Assembly: GCF_006345805.1 (NCBI RefSeq)
Contig: NW_021834627.1
Span: 1 to 60,395 of the forward strand
Direction: 5' to 3'
Length of the DNA: 60,395 nucleotides
Source of the DNA: Octopus sinensis
Taxonomy: Eukaryota
Part shown: one piece after another, positions 53,610 through 60,395 of the stretch
Position numbering within the stretch: position 1 is the stretch's first letter
How the letters are laid out: every line of letters starts with the position of its first letter
The notes under the pieces: generated by a model
Databases searched by the model: none
Told to the model about the DNA's origin: nothing
The model's input: the letters and a program-made list of their open reading frames with translations, nothing else
Made by a program: the position numbers and the translations under genes

Positions 53610-53820
53610 CGATGGTTATGATGATGATGATGATGATGATGGTTATGATGATGATGATGATGATGGTTATGATGATGATGATGATGATGATGGTTATGAT
53701 GATGATGATGATGATGGTTATGATGATGATGATTATGATGGTTATGATGATGATAATGATGATGGTTATGACGACGATGATGATGATGATGACGATGATG
53801 ATGATGATGACGATGTTGAT
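53538..53820. repeat. (GAT)n repeat with periodic GGTTAT interruptions
   Basis: Direct reading. Confidence 0.97.
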
Positions 53821-54449
53821 ATCAAAGTTTGTTGCCTTTAACTGTTATTTTCTTTCCCCTTTTCCTTGTAGATTCGTTTGTTTAATATTCTTCAAAGTAA
53901 TGGCGTAGTTCTATTTGGGTTAGTAAGGAATAAATGTAATTTCTCTAACTAATGAAGCTTGCTCAAAACTAACTGTATTTGAACTCTTTTCCTCTTTCTA
54001 CTTTTCTCCTGAATTCCCCCGTCCTCACCTTCCTCTCGCCTTACATTCTCTCCAATGTATTATTATCGGTTGATCGTTGTTTTAGTCCCTCTCTCTCTTC
54101 TTTTACTGACGAATAGTTATTTTTTCTATTTCTACTCTCTCTCTCTCTTTTCTCTTTTCTCTCCACCACCCACCGACCGACCCACCCGTACTTCATTCTT
54201 TCATCCCCTTTCTCTTACACAAGCTCGCCCGAGCTACTTTATAGAAAAAGTAAAAAGAAAGAATAAAAATCATAAATAACAGAAATAATATCGAAAGGAA
54301 AAAAAGAAACCCCTCTTAAAAAAGACAAACAGATAGAATGAAGAGAGTTGGTGAAGAAATAAGAGAGAGAGAGAGAGGAAGGGACACAGATGAACTAATA
54401 TATTAGAAACAGTGACAGACAGGTCTGATCTCTTCTCTCTACTTTGCCT

Positions 54450-54483
<34 letters not shown>

Positions 54484-54824
54484 GCTTTCTCTTTGTCTTT
54501 CTATCTCTCGTGCACTTGCTGGAACATAAATGTAAAAATAATAAAAGAAAAAAAGAAAAGAATATAAAAAAATGTAGATTAAATGAGTCTAGCAAGACAT
54601 CAACGATATAAGGGAGGAATAACTCTAAAAGCTGTTTTGAAGCTCACACAGTCGGTCCGGCACGTCGATATTTAGAAAGCATTGTAAAAAAAATTATAAA
54701 TCTGGAGAAAGAGAGAGAGCGAAGAGAGTGGAGCAAAAAAGAACGAAGCGATAGATAGATAGATAGAGAAGAGAGAGAGAGAGACAGACAGACAAACAGA
54801 GAGAGATAGGGAACACACAGTCAT

Positions 54825-54869
<45 letters not shown>

Positions 54870-54879
54870 AAGAAAGATG

Positions 54880-54949
<70 letters not shown>

Positions 54950-55864
54950 AAGAAAGGTGGATAGATGGCTAGATAGAGAGAGAGAAGGAGATACAAAATA
55001 AAAGAGAGAAAGCAACAGAAAGTAGAGAAAATAGGAATATACATAGAGAGGAAAATATGGAGTGAAATGCAAAGAGATGCAGAAAGAATATAGAGAGAAA
55101 GATATATACATAAAGGTTGTTCGTTCCTTCTCTGAGAACGAGAAACGGACCTTGTTTTCCAAAGTTAATGTTTTAGCGTTGGAGATAATTTCACAGGGCA
55201 AGGGGAATAAATGCTTTTATTCACAGTTCATTTTTTTCCCCTCCTGTGTAGTTTAGTTTTTCACTGGCCTGCTTGCCAGTTCAGTTCAGTCTTCGTTTCA
55301 ACATTCTCAGAGCGTAAATCAATATGACAACCTACACACCCCCATGGGAAACCGTGCGAATGGAATGGCTTAATCGAAGGCTGGCCAAACAATTCCACCC
55401 CCTCCTCCTCCTCCTCCTCCTCCTCCTCCTCATATAGTTCTCTTTCTATCGATTTATTTCGCTGCTTTTTTTCTCCCTACCTCTCTCTCGCTTTTTCTCT
55501 CTCTCTCTCATTCGCTATTTCTAGTTCTCGCTTTCTAACTCTTTTTATATCTATTTTCTATGTCATGATATATACCACTTCTCTCTCTTTACCTCTCCCT
55601 CTCTCTCTATATAAATCATTCTATCTTATATATATTTCCTTATCCTTCCCATTATCTCTAATTTTCTCAGTAACTGTACGAGCCCATACGCACACACACT
55701 CACATACACATTTTTTCTATTTAACTTCGTTTTAATCTTTCTCCACTTCTCTCTCTATCTCTCACCCTTTTTATCTCTTCTCTTCTTCTCGCTGTATTTC
55801 TCTTTCATGTTCTCTTTCTCTCTCTACTCTTTGTCATCTATATCTCTCTCTATCTTAACTTATT

Positions 55865-55897
<33 letters not shown>

Positions 55898-56097
55898 CTC
55901 GTTTTCTTTTTATCTATCTAGCATACTATATCTATCTCTCTCTCTCTTTATCCCTCTGTGTGTATGTGTTTGTGTGTGTGTACACACGCAGCTCTGATCT
56001 TTCTCTAATAAACTCTCTGACATCTATTTTTTCTCTCTTCGTGTCTCTGATTCTTACTCTGTTTCTATCTATCTGCTTCACCCACCTTTCCTTCTTT

Positions 56098-56132
<35 letters not shown>

Positions 56133-58034
56133 ACCACCTATCTCTATCACTTTGGCTTATGCCAAGCTTGACTGGGCCAAGCTATATAAAAACTGCGCTG
56201 ACTATTTTGCTTCTATCAGTTCACTGAACAAGCAAGTTTTTTTCCTCTTTCATTATCTTTCTCATTCTCTCTTTCTCTGACTTTATTTATCTCTATAACA
56301 TTCTCTCTATCTTTTTTTACTCTTTCTCTCCAAGTTCTTTTTTTAATCTTTTCTCTCTCTCTCTCTCTCTCTCTCTCCCTCTCTTTCTCTCTCTCCCCTG
56401 AGTAATAATCGACTGGAAGTCATCAGGCATGCCACAACCATTACACCCCTACATCTCTCTCTATATGTTTATATATTATACTACCAAATGGATTCGTCCC
56501 TTTTTATCTCTCTCCTCTCTTCTGCTATAGGAAGGCGCACATTGTGCTTGCAAAAATCTTTATTTTCGTGTTAGCTGGCAGTGATCGTGGAGGGAAGCGA
56601 TAATTTTAGCAACTCTTCCCAACCATCAATATTATTGACATAAGACATAGGAATGGCGACGACGATGATGGCAATGATGATGATGATGATGATGATATGA
56701 CAACATCAACAAGAAGAAGAGTAGCGATAGTTTTAATGAGAACAGACTTGAGCGAGCGAGAGAGTGAAAACAAAAAGGATAAAAAGATAGAAAAATAGAG
56801 GTAATGTAACAAGAATAGATTGAGTAAGAGAGAAGAGGAAAGAGAAAGATAGTAATCAGAATTGAGAGATGGGGGGGATGAGGGGAAATCGACAGAGAGA
56901 GAGAGAGAGATAGAGAGACAGACAGAGAAACTGAGCGGGGGGAAAAAACATAAGATGAGTGAAAGAGAATTGGCAGAATAAGTGAGAGGATAGAGAGAGG
57001 GTAGAAACACACAGAAAGAAGTTTAAATAAAGAGAGGGATATTACAGAGAGAGAGAGGAAAAGAGTAATGAAATACAGATCTCTCTCCTCTCTGTATGCA
57101 TACATACATACACACACATATACATAAATACATATATGTATATATATATAATTATACACACAGGAGTAACACAAAACAGGAGAGAAACGCAACTAAACAT
57201 AGAGACAGGAGGAACAGATAAATAGAGAGCTAAAGGAGGAATTTATAGCAAGATAGAGAGGAGTAATACGCAAAGTGTAAAATCGGATTTGGTAGTGTTA
57301 CCAAAGGAAAGAGGAGATATGAGGGGGAAAAAAGGGGGAAAATAAAGAATGAGAGAAAGGAGTGAGGGAGAGAGAGTTGAGAAAATGGTTTTGAAGTTGT
57401 TCTTAGTAACAGAAAAGAGAGTTGAAAAGGAGAGATGTGGGAGAGAGAGAAAGAAATCAGGAATAAGGATAAAGAAATATGAGACAAAGATATTAAGCTA
57501 AAAAGGGAGAAAGAAAAGGGAGATAGAAAGGGAGAGAGAGATGCAATAATGATTAGGAAGGAAAAAATCGAAGGCAGATAGAGGATGAAAGATATGAGAA
57601 TAGACGGTCGAGAAGGAGAAAATTAAATGAGGGAAGGAGTTTTAAAAAGAAAGGAGGAAAACGATAGGGAGAGGAAGGAAAATTGCTGGAGAACGAAAGA
57701 AGAAAAGAGAGAAACGAGATATGCGGAAAGTGGTTCAAAGTTGTACGATAGCATTTAAATAACAGAAAGAAAGAGGAGTGGGAGAGAAAAACGCGGAATG
57801 GAGAAGAAGAAGGAAAGAGAGAGAAGGAAACAGAGAATGCGATATAGACAGAGAATGAATGAGAAAATGAAAGGAAATAGATAAAATAAACAGAAAGGAT
57901 AGGAAAAAAGAAAAGAAGAAAATGTGAAAGATAAACAGAAAAGGGAAGGTTGAAATAATTAGAGGGGAAAAAAAAGTGTGACAGAGAACTAGGGAGTTCG
58001 GGTGATAAAGAAAGAAAAGAAAACAATCCCTAAA

Positions 58035-58322
58035 GAGAGAGAAAGATAGAGTAAAGAGTAAAAGAGAAAGAATGAAGAGAGGAGTGAAGAATAAAGTGAG
58101 AGGAGGGAAAAGAGAGAAAGATAGAGTAAAAGAGAAAGAATGAAGAGAGGAGTGAAGAATAAAGTGAGAGGAGGGAAAAGAGAGAAAGATAGAGTAAAAG
58201 AGAAAGAATGAAGAGAGGAGTGAAGAATAAAGTGAGAGGAGGGAAAAGAGAGAAAGATAGAGTAAAAGAGAAAGAATGAAGAGAGGAGTGAAGAATAAAG
58301 TGAGAGGAGGGAAAAAGAGAGA
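58035..58322. repeat. 68-bp purine-rich tandem repeat, about 4 copies
   Basis: GGAGTGAAGA recurs at 58081, 58149 and 58217. Confidence 0.92.
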
Positions 58323-58644
58323 ATAAGAGATTGAAAAAAAAAGAAGAGAAGAAAGTCAGGTATGCAATGTGAGAGGATGGTAGAAGTAGAAGGATGAGTA
58401 GTAAAAATAGACGCAGTGGTGTTGGTATCGGTAGGAGGAGGTGTAAAAAGTCAGTCGGTGAACCAAGCAAGCAAGCAAGCAAGCGGCCAGCCAGGCGGCT
58501 TGCTGAGGCGCGCTCCACTTTAGATTGAGACATAAACAAGCCTTTGCCAGATCGAAACTCGCTCTGTCGCTTGTGTGCAGAGCAAGAGAAGGAGGAGAGT
58601 GTTTGATATTAAATTGTGTTTCTCTCTCTGTGTTCTGCTAAGGA

Positions 58645-58836
58645 TATAGAGAGAGGGGGGGACCCAGTGTGAGAATAAGGTAATATAAGAGACGGACACA
58701 GAGAGAGAGAGAGAGGGGGACCCAGTGTGAGAATAAGGTAATATAAGAGACGGAGATAGAGAGAGAGAGAGGGGGACCCAGTGTGAGAATAAGGTAATAT
58801 AAGAGACGGACATAGAGAGAGAGAGAGAGAGAGAGA
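58645..58836. repeat. ~55-bp tandem repeat, 3 copies
   Basis: GGGGACCCAGTGTGAGAATAAGGTAATATAAGAGACGGA repeated. Confidence 0.92.
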
Positions 58837-59204
58837 GAAAGATAAAGTGGAATTGAGTGGAGAGAAATAGGAAAGAAGGACACAGATAAGAATATTTAGA
58901 CAGCAATAAGGATTAATAGAGAGACAAAGAAATTATGGTAAAGAGGTAGAATCAAAGAGAGAGAGAGAGAGAGAGATAGTATAAATTAGGGAGAGGACGA
59001 GAAAGGATCACATCAAGAGAAAAGAGAGAGGTGGGAGAGAAAAGTATGCAAAATAAAAGTAGTTTTATTATATAGAGATAGAGAGAGAACTGGAAGAAGA
59101 TTAATCAGAAGAGGAGAAAAAACTCGGAAAAGAATAGAAAACTAGTATGGTGAAAGAGATAAGCAGACTAAGACAGCTTGAAGGAAAGAGCATGATAAAC
59201 ACCA

Positions 59205-59388
59205 TCACTCCATTCTCTCTTTCTCTCTCTCTCTCACACCACCCCTCTCTTCAGTTATTGCTTATTGACTCCTCTCTCTCTCTCTCTCTCACCACCCCTC
59301 TCTTTAGTTATTGCTTATTGACTCCTCTCTCTCTCTCTCTATCACCACCCCTCTCTTTAGTTATTGCTTATTGACTCCTCTCTCTCTC
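59205..59388. repeat. ~52-bp tandem repeat, 3 copies
   Basis: CACCACCCCTCTCTTTAGTTATTGCTTATTGACTCC repeated. Confidence 0.9.
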
Positions 59389-59428
59389 TGAGCTGCAATT
59401 TTTAGCAACTAATTTTCCCCTCCCCCCT

Positions 59429-59495
<67 letters not shown>

Positions 59496-59497
59496 GT

Positions 59498-59557
<60 letters not shown>

Positions 59558-59835
59558 GATTCTATCCAAACTCTCCTTCATTGCATTGTTGTAGTAACTC
59601 TGTTACTAACTCTAAACCAATCTAAAATGGCTCTGCTTAAAATGACTTTCAGTTCGGAGGTTTAGTTTGGAAAACTTTTTTTCTTTTTTCGTGTATATGA
59701 CACGATATTATATTTTATATATATGTCTGTTTGTATGTACGTACATACGCATATATATACATACATACACACACACACACACGCGCGCATCGCATACATA
59801 CATACACACATACATACTACCACCACCACACCACC

Positions 59836-59878
<43 letters not shown>

Positions 59879-60395
59879 TCAAACACTTCCTCAATTTTCA
59901 TTTTATACGTTGTATCGTTGTCATGCATATATATATATATATATATGTTTATAATATATATACATATATATATATATATATAATGCACGCATATATAGTA
60001 TATAATATTAAAAATCTATATGTATATATATATAGATATATATATAATATAATGTATATTATATATATATATATATATATATATGTACCTATATATACAT
60101 ATACACACACATATATATATATACATATATAAATATATATATTAATACATATAAATTATTCCTCTGTTGGCTGTCAGGTGCGTGTTTTGATTATTTTAGT
60201 GAAGTTTCTCTCGGCTGACCTACATTTTAATGGTAAAAAGGTGAGAGGGGGTGGGCAGAAGTGGAGAAGCAAAAGCTAATTTTAAGTCGACAATAACAAC
60301 AATCATAATGATTATTCGGCAACAATAACAATAACAACTCTAAACAAATCCACGAAGTAATATTATTTTCATTTATTTTTCCCACTTCCCACTGA

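Noticed and set aside
51822-53908. Glycine-rich and aspartate-rich protein ORFs
   Set aside because: Open in multiple frames because of GGT and GAT repeats; no unique coding flanks.

Overview
Eukaryotic, AT-rich, repeat-saturated non-coding DNA (intronic or intergenic). The tRNA-derived SINE repertoire and microsatellite load are typical of an octopus or other coleoid cephalopod (inference from repeat recognition). No intact host protein-coding gene is evident; almost all listed ORFs are microsatellite or SINE translations. Recognisable content: three or more SINE families in dozens of copies; at least seven decayed R4/Dong-like REL-endonuclease LINE fragments; an RTE LINE 3' end plus a non-autonomous partner; Tc1, maT and mariner remnants and MITEs; three or four non-autonomous Helitrons; a 78-bp minisatellite with an inverted single copy; and many simple repeats. 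The most notable structure is a 351-bp head-to-tail dimer at 29941-30656. Each unit carries an identical type I hammerhead ribozyme on the minus strand, set in a long hairpin whose copy-to-copy substitutions preserve pairing. It is a candidate non-LTR retrozyme (circular-RNA-producing, viroid-like retroelement). Other Penelope-type hammerhead-like motifs and several transcription-factor-motif-dense islands are also present. Boundaries of decayed elements are approximate.
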